From Actinomycetota bacterium (GTDB taxonomy: Bacteria > Actinomycetota > Geothermincolia > Geothermincolales > RBG-13-55-18), in contig JBFLWJ010000010.1 in NCBI GenBank assembly GCA_040757835.1, positions 1 through 64,000 on the forward strand: a stretch of DNA of 64,000 bases, written 5' to 3'. The notes under the pieces were generated by a model. That model saw nothing but the letters and a program-made list of their open reading frames with translations. It made no database searches and had not been told where the DNA came from. Made by a program: the position numbers and the translations under genes. Of the stretch, positions 37,982 to 49,545 are shown piece after piece; the stretch's first letter is position 1; the number at the start of each line of letters is the position of its first letter.

Positions 37982-39250
37982 TCAGACCGGCAGGCCCTCT
38001 TTCCTCATCCATTCCTCGAAGGGCGGGAATTCCGGCTTGAGGAAGGTCTGGGTGTCCAGGTCGGGGATGATGGGGTAGACGCCGAACTGTTTGGCCGCCG
38101 CCACCGCCGTGTGCACGTGCTCCACAGGGGTGCCGACGGGCACCAGGTTGATGAGCAGGACGAACCTGCCCTTACCGGCCCCTTCCCATATCAGCTTGCG
38201 CACGTTCTCCACGATGGCCTCGGGTGGCCCCGACTCGATGAGGTCGGGGCGCACGTTGAGGAGCAGGCTAACCTTCTTCTCCTCGGCGTAGCGCTTTACG
38301 TAAGGAATGCCCACCACCTCGTAATCCTCGTTCCATACCAGGAGGAAGAAGGGGCGCAGGGGTTTGAAGTAGTTGCCTCGCGCCATCATGTCCACCTTGA
38401 GGTCCAGCACCTCGCGGGGGTCCTCCACCGCCCGCTCTCCCCAGCTCGCGGTATCCATCACCGTGCGCAGGGGCGAATTGGTGGCGCGCGCTATCTTCTC
38501 GGTGTAGGGGAGGCAGAACTCACGCACCATCTCGACGGTGACGTTGGGCTGGGAAGCCCAGGCGTCGGATATGGCGACGATGGAGGCACTGGTCGTCTCG
38601 ACAAGCTTGTCTATCCAGGGGACCACCACCTCCATGCTCAGGAACTCCATGAGGCGGTGGACGAAGGCGGGGTTGCGGCGCATGTCCCGGATGAGGTTGA
38701 CGTAGCCGCGGGTGAGCACGGCCATGGTGAAAGGGGAGCAGGCGTAGGCCATGGGCGGCACTCCCATGATCTCCATGTAGCGCCGGTATGACTCCAGCAC
38801 GTAGGGCATGCGCCCGTCCCGGCCCGCCCGCGGTGGCCGCAACCGCCTCAGGTCTTCCTCGCTCTTGATGAGGGGGTCAGATGTGTCCACGTCCGGCTCG
38901 CTGCGGTCGCGCCAGATGAGCTTCTGTCCCAGGGCCTCCAACTCGATGTTGTAGAAGTCGAAGACCGGCGACCAGAAGTCGATGCCGAAGTAGCGGGCGA
39001 AATTGCTGGAGGCGTTGATGAAGGAGCGGGGCTCCGAGAAGAAGGTCCGGGCCGAGAGTCCGTGCATGCCCATGGCATAGGTGTAGGGCTGGGCAAGCAC
39101 CGGCACGCGGTCGGGGGTACCGTAGATACCGGCGATGAGGCGCTCGAAGCCGTCGAGCCTGCCCAGGCGCAGGCCGTAGGCGTAGGCCATGGCCTTGTTC
39201 AGCTTCAGCATCACCTTCATCTGCATCTTCAGCATGTCCGGGGCCACCAT
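37982..39250 (-). CDS. Corrinoid-dependent methyltransferase, URO-D / MtaA family (module B)
   Basis: URO-D-like sequence (PDRVPVLAQP...), immediately downstream of a corrinoid protein gene. Confidence 0.85.
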   Translation of the reverse strand: MVAPDMLKMQMKVMLKLNKAMAYAYGLRLGRLDGFERLIAGIYGTPDRVPVLAQPYTYAMGMHGLSARTFFSEPRSFINASSNFARYFGIDFWSPVFDFYNIELEALGQKLIWRDRSEPDVDTSDPLIKSEEDLRRLRPPRAGRDGRMPYVLESYRRYMEIMGVPPMAYACSPFTMAVLTRGYVNLIRDMRRNPAFVHRLMEFLSMEVVVPWIDKLVETTSASIVAISDAWASQPNVTVEMVREFCLPYTEKIARATNSPLRTVMDTASWGERAVEDPREVLDLKVDMMARGNYFKPLRPFFLLVWNEDYEVVGIPYVKRYAEEKKVSLLLNVRPDLIESGPPEAIVENVRKLIWEGAGKGRFVLLINLVPVGTPVEHVHTAVAAAKQFGVYPIIPDLDTQTFLKPEFPPFEEWMRKEGLPV

Positions 39251-39895
39251 CTAGACCACCCCCAGCAGCCGGTCTACCAGCTCCACCGTCTCGGCGGCGT
39301 TATCGCCGTAGCCGTCTGCGCCGATGCTCTCGGCGTAGTCCCGGCTCACGGCGGCACCTCCCACGATCACCTTCACCTTGCCGCGCAGGCCCGCCTCGTC
39401 CACCAGGCGGATGACCTCCTCCATGCCGCGCATGGTGGTGGTCATGTAGGCGCCCATGCCCAGCACGTCCGCCTCCAGCTCGCGAGCCTTGTCCACGAAT
39501 TCCCGCAGGGGCACGTCCACTCCCAGGTCAACCACCTCGTAGGAGGAGCTGCGCAGCAGGGCAACGACGATGTTCTTGCCGATATCGTGGGCGTCTCCCT
39601 CCACCGAACCCATGACCACCTTGCCCTTGTAGGAGACATCGCCGCTCTTAAGCAGGGGCTCGATGCGCTTCATCACCTCTTTGTAGGCCTCGGTGGCGAG
39701 GATGATATCGGGCAGGAAGTAGGTTCCTTCCTGCCATAACCTGCCGGCCTCGTATATGCCGGCCACCGCCCCCTTCTCCAGCAGGTCCTTGGGCGCGGCG
39801 CCCTCCTCCAGGGCACGGGCGGCTATATCGTCCGCCTTGATCTCGTCCCCCTCGCTGATGGCCCGCTTGAGTTCGGCTGCCCGGTCCATGTCCAA
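39251..39895 (-). CDS. Corrinoid (B12-binding) protein (module B)
   Basis: DxHxxG motif (GDAHDIGKN) and a B12-binding Rossmann domain. Confidence 0.85.
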   Translation of the reverse strand: MDMDRAAELKRAISEGDEIKADDIAARALEEGAAPKDLLEKGAVAGIYEAGRLWQEGTYFLPDIILATEAYKEVMKRIEPLLKSGDVSYKGKVVMGSVEGDAHDIGKNIVVALLRSSSYEVVDLGVDVPLREFVDKARELEADVLGMGAYMTTTMRGMEEVIRLVDEAGLRGKVKVIVGGAAVSRDYAESIGADGYGDNAAETVELVDRLLGVV

Positions 39896-40040
39896 CCTCC
39901 TCCTCGGGGATGTACAAGTCGCGATCTCTACGCCTATCTTACCTCAATTTACATGTCTCACGTGCCATGCCCGCGAAGCCGGTCACGCGCGCAACGATCG
40001 ATCCCGGCCGCGGCTTGCCTTTACAACCCTCACATAATGT

Positions 40041-40070
40041 AATACTGTTATAAAAAATAACAGTGTTATT
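40041..40070. promoter_or_regulatory. Palindromic operator AATACTGTTAT-AAAAA-ATAACAGTGTT, candidate TetR site in the divergent promoter region
   Basis: 11-bp arms with one mismatch, in the AT-rich region between the module-B operon and the TetR gene. Confidence 0.45.
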
Positions 40071-40095
40071 TTATCTTCCGAGTGGGGAGGCCCTA

Positions 40096-40719
40096 ATGCA
40101 GGACATCATCGCCAGGCGCAAAGAAACCGAACGCCAGCGCCGTATCGATACCATCCTCGATGCGGCTAGGAAGCTCTTCCTCGCCAGGGGATACCTAGGC
40201 ACATCGATCCGGGATATCGCCCGCGAATCACAGCTCTCCACCGGCGCCTTCTACTTCTATTTCACCGACAAGGACGAGATCTACGGCATGGTCTGCGAGG
40301 AGGCCGGGCAAGCAATAGTCGATCGCTTGAGAAATGTCCAGGGGGATGGCGTGGATGCCGTCGAAAGACTCCGCCGCATGGCATGGTCCTACGTTGACTT
40401 CTACCGTGATCACCCCGAGCAGTTCGAATTGTTCGCCCTCAGGGGCATGCCCTTTGCCAGCCTGGGACTATCGGAGAAGGTCTCCGCGAGGCTTGCCGCC
40501 GTCGACCACGAGATCTATCAGCTCGTGGAAGGGGCCGTCGCCGAGGGCATGCAGCACGGCCTGATCAGGGCCGGGGATTCCACCCAGATCGCAACCGAAC
40601 TCGCGGCGGGTTTCCTGGGGCTGCTCTTCTTCCACAGGAGAGGGCATTTCCGGTTCGACCTGCGCGAGTTCCTGGAGGACTACATGGGGATCGTTATCAG
40701 GGGCATCGCCCCCGATTGA
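40096..40719 (+). CDS. TetR family transcriptional regulator
   Basis: HTH signature; ATG at 40096 after a GGGGAGG RBS. The ORF track begins at an upstream alternative start. Confidence 0.8.
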   Translation: MQDIIARRKETERQRRIDTILDAARKLFLARGYLGTSIRDIARESQLSTGAFYFYFTDKDEIYGMVCEEAGQAIVDRLRNVQGDGVDAVERLRRMAWSYVDFYRDHPEQFELFALRGMPFASLGLSEKVSARLAAVDHEIYQLVEGAVAEGMQHGLIRAGDSTQIATELAAGFLGLLFFHRRGHFRFDLREFLEDYMGIVIRGIAPD

Positions 40720-40797
40720 AAGGCTTTCCGCTCGGCCGGCTTCTCGGCAACGATCACACCCGGGACCGTTTCGTACCGCGAGGAATGGAGGTAGAAG

Positions 40798-42603
40798 ATG
40801 GGCTTCTTGAGAGTGCGCAGGTTCCCGCCCCGGCCGACCGACTACAGGCCGAGGTCGGCGCCCCAGTATCCCTATAACGAGGAGCCAGATCTGTCACGGT
40901 TGTCGCAGCCCGAATACGGCATCAAGGTGGAGAGGGACATCTACGTACCGGTATCCGACGGAGAGAAGATGGCCATGGACATCTACCGTCCAGACGCCGA
41001 GGGCAGGTTCCCCGCGCTGCTAGCTATATCCTCCTATACCAAGGAGATGCAGGGGACGGACTCCCCCAGCGGGGGGAACGAGGCCGGGGACACGGAGTTT
41101 TTCGTCAAGCGGGGATACGTGCATGTCGTGGCCGATGCCAGGGGGACAGGCCACTCGGGCGGCAGGATGCGGTTGCTCGATAAAAGGGAGGTCCAGGACG
41201 GCGTGGAGCTCATAGAATGGATATCCGGGCAGCCATGGTGCAACGGCAACGTGGGCATGATCGGCATGTCCTACTACGCCATGATCCAGCTGCTCATCGC
41301 CAAGAGGAACCCCCCGCAGCTCAAGTGCGTATTCGCCTATGACCCCATTTATGACCTGTACCGTGACACCATCTACCACGGGGGGAAATTCAGCACTTTC
41401 CCCTTTCTCTATGCCTTCCTGCTCGTCTCCGGGCAGTTCATTTTCATGCGGGGAGAGCGTGGCAAGGGAAAGACCGTGATCTGGAATGACCTTGCGAGGT
41501 TGCTCTACGATACCGTCGTCCAGCGCCACAAGTTCGACGACGAGTGGATGCACGAGCGCTCGGGATACTGGTCCGACAGCGATATAGGGGTGCCGATGTA
41601 CGTCGGCTCGGGTTGGGAGTACGCCGTGGGCCTGCACCTGCGGGGCATCTTCGATGCTTTCCAGCAGGCGAAAGGCCCCAGGCGCATGCTGGTGAGCCTG
41701 CCCCAGGTCCCCTTCCGCCCCTACTCCTCGTGGAGGATAGAGTCGCTCAGGTGGTACGACCACTGGCTCAAGGGCTTGGACACCGGAGTGGAGGAGGACC
41801 CGCCGGTGAACATATGGATCATGGGCAGGAACGAGTGGCGCTCCGAGCAGGAGTGGCCCCTGGAGAGGACCGAATACACCGACCTCTACCTGAGGCCGAA
41901 GGGGAAGAAGAGGAAGACAGGCCTCCTGTCGCAACAGGCACCCGGATCGGAGGACCGTGCCCTTTCCTACATATCCTCGCCCATAAACTTCGCGCACATG
42001 GGGATCCCGCAGCTGGTCTACCGCACCCGCGTGCTCAGGCAGGAAGTGGAGCTTACCGGCCATATAACCCTCCGTCTCTTCGCCTCCTGCTCCACCAGGG
42101 ATACCTCGTTCTTCGTGAGGTTCTGCGACGAGGACGAGGACGGCACTTTCAGGGTGCTGTCGCGGGGGTGGCTCAAGGCGTCCCATCGCGAGATAGACGA
42201 GGAGCGCTCTCTACCTTACCGCCCCTTCCACCCACACCTGAAGGAGGAGCCGCTGGAACCCGGAAGGGTCTACGATTTCCTCATAGAGATATGGCCGGTA
42301 TCCAACGTCTTCTACCCCGGCCACCGCATACGCGTCGAGATATCGAGCGCGGATTCGCAGTATCATGATTTTCCCTACTCGCATTTTCCCTCGCCGTACG
42401 TGGGGAGGGTGAGGATCCACAGTTCGCCGCGGTATCCCTCGCGCATCACCCTTCCCGTAGTCGATTCAAAGCTCGTCCTGGATAATGAGGGCGCGAACTT
42501 GAAGTTCGAGGAGGAGTTCGGCAGCATGTACGCCACCAGGGGCAAGGACAGGGTCTTCAGCGATGCGGACGAGTTCCTGGTAAAGGGGTGGAAGGCAGGA
42601 TAG
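40798..42603 (+). CDS. CocE/NonD family hydrolase (X-Pro dipeptidyl-peptidase S15-like alpha/beta hydrolase)
   Basis: GMSYY nucleophile motif and the characteristic C-terminal beta-sandwich domain; 601 aa. Confidence 0.8.
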   Translation: MGFLRVRRFPPRPTDYRPRSAPQYPYNEEPDLSRLSQPEYGIKVERDIYVPVSDGEKMAMDIYRPDAEGRFPALLAISSYTKEMQGTDSPSGGNEAGDTEFFVKRGYVHVVADARGTGHSGGRMRLLDKREVQDGVELIEWISGQPWCNGNVGMIGMSYYAMIQLLIAKRNPPQLKCVFAYDPIYDLYRDTIYHGGKFSTFPFLYAFLLVSGQFIFMRGERGKGKTVIWNDLARLLYDTVVQRHKFDDEWMHERSGYWSDSDIGVPMYVGSGWEYAVGLHLRGIFDAFQQAKGPRRMLVSLPQVPFRPYSSWRIESLRWYDHWLKGLDTGVEEDPPVNIWIMGRNEWRSEQEWPLERTEYTDLYLRPKGKKRKTGLLSQQAPGSEDRALSYISSPINFAHMGIPQLVYRTRVLRQEVELTGHITLRLFASCSTRDTSFFVRFCDEDEDGTFRVLSRGWLKASHREIDEERSLPYRPFHPHLKEEPLEPGRVYDFLIEIWPVSNVFYPGHRIRVEISSADSQYHDFPYSHFPSPYVGRVRIHSSPRYPSRITLPVVDSKLVLDNEGANLKFEEEFGSMYATRGKDRVFSDADEFLVKGWKAG

Positions 42604-42731
42604 GGGGCTCAACCCGTCCTCGCGTGGGACAGCGGTGCGGCAACCAGGCGGTGCTGGGTTATAATCTGGTAACTGGGAGGGGACCCGGTGATCCTGGCCT
42701 GGAAACCGGTGCGAGGAGAACGGAGAGCTTC

Positions 42732-43925
<1,194 letters not shown>

Positions 43926-43952
43926 GGCGAGGCGAGGACCGAGGTACAGCGC

Positions 43953-45554
43953 ATGGCTTACGCTCCCAGCCCCTTCCTCCTCAGGTCACACCGCAGCGAG
44001 ATGGCCGAGGACCCCGGACGCCATGCCGTGGTCAGCGACTTCTTCGACCGCACCGCCTATGCCAGCATCCTGTCCGGATCACCCTACATAGAGGAAGGGA
44101 TACGCGCGGGCAGCGAGACGTTCCGCCCCTTCCCGCAGTTGCTGCAGGACCTCTTCACCCTCTTCTTCCGCGACAGCATCACCCTGCGGGAATACCACGA
44201 TATCGAAGGTCCCTTCCGCTTCAACTCGGCCCTCATCGGCGACTTCGTAAGCAGCCGGCCCTACCTGGGAATGCACGGGGCCACCATCCTGAACGAGCAC
44301 CTCTCCATGCTCGCGGCCGTGATCACTGCCGAGGAGATCCTGAGCCACATGAGCGAGCCCGAGATCAGGGAGAAAGAGGGCATGGCCCGGGCGGAGGAGA
44401 TGCTGCGGGAGACGGAACTGAACATCGAGCTCATCGAGGACCTCGTGCTGCAGGCCGGGGACCCCGGGGAGAGGGAGCGCCTGGAGAGCCTCAAGCGGAG
44501 CATGGAGGACGAAGCCGACCGGCTCCATCAGGAACTGTGGGACCTCCCGGGCATGCAAAGCCCTCGCGAAGCGGGCAGTGGAGATGGCGGAGACGCCCGG
44601 GGCGAGCACGAGCGGGAAGGCCCCGCCACCAGGGCTGACGAGGCCATGAACCGGGCCTTCGAGGAGGCTGCCCGCAAGTTCGCACGCAGCAGTTCCGAGA
44701 TGGTGCGCTGGGGAGAAGAGCCCGGCGCGCCGGCCCGGCTGGATGCCGCCCAGCGCCTGGACCTGGCCCTGAAGATAAAGGGCTCCGAACGCCTGCGCCG
44801 CCTGCTCAAGATGGTTGGGCGCTTCCGCATGGCCGCCATAAGCGCCCATAATGAACGCATGCGCCACGGGGTGGACGAGATCTACGAGATCGAGTGCGGC
44901 GACGACCTCTCCCACCTCATCCCGGCCGAGCTGTCCATGCTAGCTAACCCCCTACTCAAGAGGGACTTCTTCCGCCGCTACCACGAACAGCGCCTCCTCT
45001 GCTACCATCTCCGCCACAACGACCCCGGCGAGCGCGGCCCCATGGTGGTGCTGGTGGACGTGAGCTACTCCATGCACGGTGAGAAGGAACTATGGGCCAA
45101 GGCCGTGGCCCTGGCCCTGCGGGAGCTGGCCTGGCGCAAGAAACGCCACTGCGCGGTCATCGAGTTCGGGGCGCACGACGACCCCCTGCTGGTCCTGCGC
45201 TTCCCCCCCGGCGTGGAGCGGGTGGAAGACGTGGTGCGCATGGCCGAGTTCTTCCTGGGCGGAGGCACCGACTTCGTCAAACCCATGGAGGCGGCGCTGG
45301 GGGTCCTCCGGACCAGGGACTACCGCGAGGCCGACGTGGTCATGATCACCGACGGCGACTCGCCCCTGGAGCGTTCCTGGGTGGAAGGCCTCAAGCGCGA
45401 GAAGAAGCGCCTGGGGTTCAACCACTACACCGTCATCACCGACGTGGGGCACTCCACCACCCGCTACGTGAACATGTTCTCCGACGAGATCATCCGCGTC
45501 TCCGACCTCACCGTGGAGGGCGCGAACAGCGCTTTCTCTTCCTTGCCCTTCTGA
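43953..45554 (+). CDS. VWA-domain protein (ViaA-like partner of the MoxR ATPase)
   Basis: C-terminal von Willebrand A domain with a MIDAS motif (DVSYSM...GGGTD...TDG); encoded directly after the AAA+ gene. Confidence 0.75.
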   Translation: MAYAPSPFLLRSHRSEMAEDPGRHAVVSDFFDRTAYASILSGSPYIEEGIRAGSETFRPFPQLLQDLFTLFFRDSITLREYHDIEGPFRFNSALIGDFVSSRPYLGMHGATILNEHLSMLAAVITAEEILSHMSEPEIREKEGMARAEEMLRETELNIELIEDLVLQAGDPGERERLESLKRSMEDEADRLHQELWDLPGMQSPREAGSGDGGDARGEHEREGPATRADEAMNRAFEEAARKFARSSSEMVRWGEEPGAPARLDAAQRLDLALKIKGSERLRRLLKMVGRFRMAAISAHNERMRHGVDEIYEIECGDDLSHLIPAELSMLANPLLKRDFFRRYHEQRLLCYHLRHNDPGERGPMVVLVDVSYSMHGEKELWAKAVALALRELAWRKKRHCAVIEFGAHDDPLLVLRFPPGVERVEDVVRMAEFFLGGGTDFVKPMEAALGVLRTRDYREADVVMITDGDSPLERSWVEGLKREKKRLGFNHYTVITDVGHSTTRYVNMFSDEIIRVSDLTVEGANSAFSSLPF

Positions 45555-45555
45555 C

Positions 45556-46347
45556 CTATTTCGCCATGAAGGCGACGGCGTAGACCATGCCGACGATACC
45601 GGCGATGGCCAGGATGGCCGCGAAAGTGTACTGCAGGGCCGAGTTGCGCCGGTATTTCCTGGATAGCTCCTCCTCCATCCTGTAGCTTACGATGAAGGGG
45701 CCGTCACCCCTGCCGAGGGATGCGAACTCGCCCGAGAGCTTGACGGTGCCATGGACGAACACCGGCTGGCCGACGCGGATCATCGCCTCGGTTATGCGAT
45801 AGCCCTGGACGCTCTCGTAATCGTCGTCCATGGCGTCGAGTACGCTGTCCAGGATCCCACCCACGACGCCGCTCTCTTCCATATATTCGCGTCCGGTACC
45901 GGGGCCGTCCACGGTCCTCGTCTCGGCGACGATGTCGGCCCCGTCGGGGAAGACCATGCATTCGCCGCTGGAGTCACACACCCTGAAGGGGACCTGCTCC
46001 TCGCGGGACTCCACCGTCTTCCAGGATTCCTCCGCGTGCCAGTTGCCCTGGTCATCGCGCTCCCGCTTCTGCACGCGGTGCTCCAGCTTGTAGGAGTAAT
46101 AGACGCAGGGCACCTTGCCGGTGGGGGAGAGCAGGGGCTCGTCGGCCGCTACCGCCCCCACCAGTTCCAACTGTCTGCCCGGCGCGTTGCGGGCTATATT
46201 GACGGCCTCGGATGCGCTGACGGTCTGAGTCGACGCCATGACGCCGAGTTTCTTGCGTCCCCGGTAACCCAGGAAGGCCAGGACAAGGCCCACGATCACC
46301 GCCGCGGCGCCGATACCGAAGACCGCCCATTGGGAGTTTTCCACCAT
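45556..46347 (-). CDS. GIDE-like membrane protein (TM - soluble domain - TM)
   Basis: Architecture and sequence resemble bacterial GIDE (PF12483) proteins. ATG after an AAGGAGGTG RBS. Confidence 0.5.
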   Translation of the reverse strand: MVENSQWAVFGIGAAAVIVGLVLAFLGYRGRKKLGVMASTQTVSASEAVNIARNAPGRQLELVGAVAADEPLLSPTGKVPCVYYSYKLEHRVQKRERDDQGNWHAEESWKTVESREEQVPFRVCDSSGECMVFPDGADIVAETRTVDGPGTGREYMEESGVVGGILDSVLDAMDDDYESVQGYRITEAMIRVGQPVFVHGTVKLSGEFASLGRGDGPFIVSYRMEEELSRKYRRNSALQYTFAAILAIAGIVGMVYAVAFMAK

Positions 46348-46452
46348 AACCACCTCCTTACCGCAGAATATCGGCAAGTGCGACCAGGTCCAAAACACGT
46401 AGGGGGCGCGCCGTCGGCGCGCCCCCGGTTAGGCCGTTAGGCGTGGTGCCTG

Positions 46453-48105
46453 CTACTCGCCCTTTTCGCCCTTCTGCTTGGCGATCTCCTCCTCGCGCAG
46501 GGTGCGGCGCAGGATCTTGCCCACCATGGTCTTGGGCAGCTCGGCGCGGAACTCCACCATGCGCGGCGCCTTGTAGGCGGCCAGGCGCTCCCGGCAGTAG
46601 GCGATGATCTCGTCCTCGGTGCACTCCACGCCCTCCTTGAGCACGATGTAGACCTTGACCGTCTCGCCGCGGTACTCGTCGGGGATGCCCACGGTCACCG
46701 CTTCCTGCACCTTGGGGTGCTCGTAGAGGACCTCGTCCACCTCGCGCGGGTAGATGTTGAAGCCGCCGGCGATGATCATGTCCTTCTTGCGGTCCACGAT
46801 GTAGAAGTAACCGTCCTCGTCCATGGTGCCGATGTCACCGGTGTAGAGCCAGCCGCCCTTGAGCGTGGCTGCCGTCTCCTCCGGCTTCTCCCAGTAGCCC
46901 TTCATGACCTGGGGCCCCCGGATAATGAGTTCGCCGGGCTCGTTCACGCCCATCTCCTTCTCTCCCGTCTCCGCGTCCACGATCTTGGCCTCGGTGTCCG
47001 GGAAGGGCACCCCGATGGAGCCCACCTTGCGCATGCCCATGATGGGGTTGGAGTGGGTCACCGGCGAGGCTTCCGAGAGCCCGTAGCCCTCGCAGAAGAT
47101 GCCGCCGGATATGCTGCTGAACTGCTTGATCACCTCTATGGGTATGGGGGCCGAGCCGGAGTTGCACAGCCTCAGTTTGTCCACCCCGTAATCAAGCGCC
47201 TCGGGATGGCTGAGGATGGCCACGTAGAGGGTGGGGACACCGGGGAAGAAGTTTGGCTTATACTTCTGGATGGCCTGCAAGAGCATGTTTATCTCGAACT
47301 GTGGTATGAGGACCATGGTGGCGGCGTTGAAGATGGCGTTGTTCATGCCCACCGTCTGGCCGTAGGAGTGGAAGAAGGGGATGACGTCGAGATAGACGTC
47401 CTTTCCCGGCTCCGAGAACTCCTTGGCCCACAGGGCGCACTGCATGGCGTTGGCCAGCAGGTTGCGGTGGGTGAGCATGACCCCCTTGGGCAGGCCGGTG
47501 GTGCCGCCGGTGTACTGAAGGGCGGCCAGGTCCACCTCGGGGTCTATCTCCACGTCCGGCACCTCCGGGGTCGAGCCGGCTATGACCTCGCGGAACCAGA
47601 AGGTGTCCTCGGCCTTGGCCGCCGAGGGGTCCACCGGCGTCTCCATGTAGTCGGTGATGCTGGTGACGATGAGGCGCTTGAGGGGAGTGGAACCCTTGAC
47701 GTTCTGGATGCGCTCATCGAAGAGGTCCAGGTAGATTAGGGTCTCCGCGCCGGAGTCGTTGAACTCGTAATCCAGCTCCCGCTCCACGTGCAGGGGGCTG
47801 ACGTTGACCACGGTGGCGCCCGCCTCAAGCACGCCGTAGTAGGAGACGATGAACTGGGGGCAGTTGGGCAGCATGAGGGCCACGCGGTCGCCTTTCCTCA
47901 CCCCCATGCCCTTGAGGGCGGTGGCCATGCGGCGCACGTTGTCGCGCAGCTCGCCGTAGGTCAGCTTACGGTCGAAGAAGATGGTGGCGACGTTCTCGTC
48001 GTACTTGACGCACGTCAGCTCCAGCAGTTGATACAGGGGTATCCTCGGATAGCGGATGGACTCGGGCACGAAAAAATCGTAATTCTGCAGCCAGATCTTC
48101 TCCAT
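46453..48105 (-). CDS. AMP-forming acyl-CoA synthetase (FadD-like long-chain fatty acid-CoA ligase)
   Basis: AMP-binding motifs (TGGTTGLPKG, GYGLSE, C-terminal PKTMVGKILRR). Confidence 0.9.
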   Translation of the reverse strand: MEKIWLQNYDFFVPESIRYPRIPLYQLLELTCVKYDENVATIFFDRKLTYGELRDNVRRMATALKGMGVRKGDRVALMLPNCPQFIVSYYGVLEAGATVVNVSPLHVERELDYEFNDSGAETLIYLDLFDERIQNVKGSTPLKRLIVTSITDYMETPVDPSAAKAEDTFWFREVIAGSTPEVPDVEIDPEVDLAALQYTGGTTGLPKGVMLTHRNLLANAMQCALWAKEFSEPGKDVYLDVIPFFHSYGQTVGMNNAIFNAATMVLIPQFEINMLLQAIQKYKPNFFPGVPTLYVAILSHPEALDYGVDKLRLCNSGSAPIPIEVIKQFSSISGGIFCEGYGLSEASPVTHSNPIMGMRKVGSIGVPFPDTEAKIVDAETGEKEMGVNEPGELIIRGPQVMKGYWEKPEETAATLKGGWLYTGDIGTMDEDGYFYIVDRKKDMIIAGGFNIYPREVDEVLYEHPKVQEAVTVGIPDEYRGETVKVYIVLKEGVECTEDEIIAYCRERLAAYKAPRMVEFRAELPKTMVGKILRRTLREEEIAKQKGEKGE

Positions 48106-48307
48106 GATCCCCTCCTAGCTACTAACGGACATCTTGATGCCTTGCGATTGGCGGCGGTCCCATGGCGGGCCGTAACCGCAGCGAAGCACATACGCCTTAC
48201 ACATATCCATGGTACTGGTGCCTCACCCTGGACCGACTAGTCTATTATAACTGCAACTAAACCGGGCTCAAATGGATGCAAGGCCGGCGGTTATGGGCTG
48301 CGGGTTT

Positions 48308-49525
48308 TCAAGTCGCGGTGTAATCGTAGAACCCGCGGCCGCTCTTGCGCCCCAGCATGCCCGCCGCCACCATGCGGCGCAGCAGGGGAGGGGGGAAGAA
48401 CTTCGCGTCCCCGGTCTGTTCGTAGAAGCCCATGGCCGCCTTGAAGACCTCGTCCAGGCCGAGCCCGTCGGCTATCTCCAGGAACCCCTGGGGGAGGTTG
48501 AAGCCCAGGCGGTTGGCCTTGTCTGTATCGTCCACCGTGGACACCCCCGCTTCCAGCAGCCGTATCGCCTCCAGCATGTTGGGCATGATGAAGCGCTGCA
48601 ACAGGCCCGCGAGGCGCCTCTCGCGTTCCTCCTCGCTCGCATCGTTGATGGAAAGGTAACTCTCGCGCTTTCCGCTGGAGTAGTCGTAGAACCCCCTGCC
48701 GGCCTTGCGGCCGATGAGGCCCGCCGCCACCATGCGGCGCATGAGCGGGGGGGGAAAGAACTTGGGGTCCCCGGTGTCTGAGTAGATGGCCATGGCGGCG
48801 TTCATCCCCACGTCCAGGCCCGCGTTGTCCAGGATCTGCAGTGGCCCTACCCCGAAGTCGTATCCGCCGGTAGCGCGGTCGATCTCCTCGGGGGTGGCCA
48901 ACCCCTCGTCGATCATGCGCACGGCCTCGATGCTCGAGGGTATGCTGGCGCGGTTGGCCACGAAGCCGGCGTGGTCCTTGAGCACCAGCACCGTCTCCTT
49001 GCCCAGGCTGCGCGCCCAGGCGTCCGCCGTGGACATGGTCTCGTCCGAGGTGAGCAGCCCCTTGATCACCTCGACCAGCTTCAGCAGTGGAACCGGGCCG
49101 AAGAAATGGATGCCCACCACCTTGTCCGGACGGGCGGTGGCGGCAGCGATAGAGGAGATGGGGATAGCCGAGGTGTTGGTGGCGAGGATGACACGGGGCG
49201 GGCAGATGCTGTCAAGCCTGGCGAAGACGTCTTTCTTCAGCTCCGGCTTCTCGGGCACCGCCTCCACCACGATATCGGCATCGCGCGCCTCCTCCAGGTC
49301 GCAGGTGGTGGTGATGCTGGCAAGTGCCGAGTCGTGCTCATCTCGGCCTATCTTCTCTTTGGCAAGGAACTTTCCCAGGGAGCTTTCGATGGCATCCATC
49401 CCTGACCGCAGGCATCCCTCGCTGACGTCGCACATGGTCACCCTGTAGCCCGCCTGGGCGGAGACCTGGGCGATGCCGTTTCCCATGTACCCCGCCCCCA
49501 GCACGAAGACGTTCCTTATCTCCAT
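48308..49525 (-). CDS. 3-hydroxyacyl-CoA dehydrogenase with a duplicated C-terminal dimerisation domain
   Basis: N-terminal Rossmann fold (VLGAGYMGNGIA), and two tandem copies of the C-terminal ...GDPKFFPPPLMRRMVAAG...GRGFYDY segment. Confidence 0.9.
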   Translation of the reverse strand: MEIRNVFVLGAGYMGNGIAQVSAQAGYRVTMCDVSEGCLRSGMDAIESSLGKFLAKEKIGRDEHDSALASITTTCDLEEARDADIVVEAVPEKPELKKDVFARLDSICPPRVILATNTSAIPISSIAAATARPDKVVGIHFFGPVPLLKLVEVIKGLLTSDETMSTADAWARSLGKETVLVLKDHAGFVANRASIPSSIEAVRMIDEGLATPEEIDRATGGYDFGVGPLQILDNAGLDVGMNAAMAIYSDTGDPKFFPPPLMRRMVAAGLIGRKAGRGFYDYSSGKRESYLSINDASEEERERRLAGLLQRFIMPNMLEAIRLLEAGVSTVDDTDKANRLGFNLPQGFLEIADGLGLDEVFKAAMGFYEQTGDAKFFPPPLLRRMVAAGMLGRKSGRGFYDYTAT

Positions 49526-49545
49526 ACCCCCTCCTTTATCGTCTA

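Noticed and set aside
29037-40095. Cobalamin riboswitch upstream of the corrinoid methyltransferase modules
   Set aside because: No B12-box (GCCACTG) or recognisable riboswitch core in the intergenic leaders at 29037-29416, 39896-40095 or 63707-63864; the GCCACTG matches elsewhere are inside CDS or the tRNA.
42588-42731. In-frame upstream extension of the MoxR ATPase ORF
   Set aside because: Arg/Gly-rich, no RBS, and it contains a promoter-like TATAAT. The ATG at 42732 gives a canonical MoxR N-terminus.
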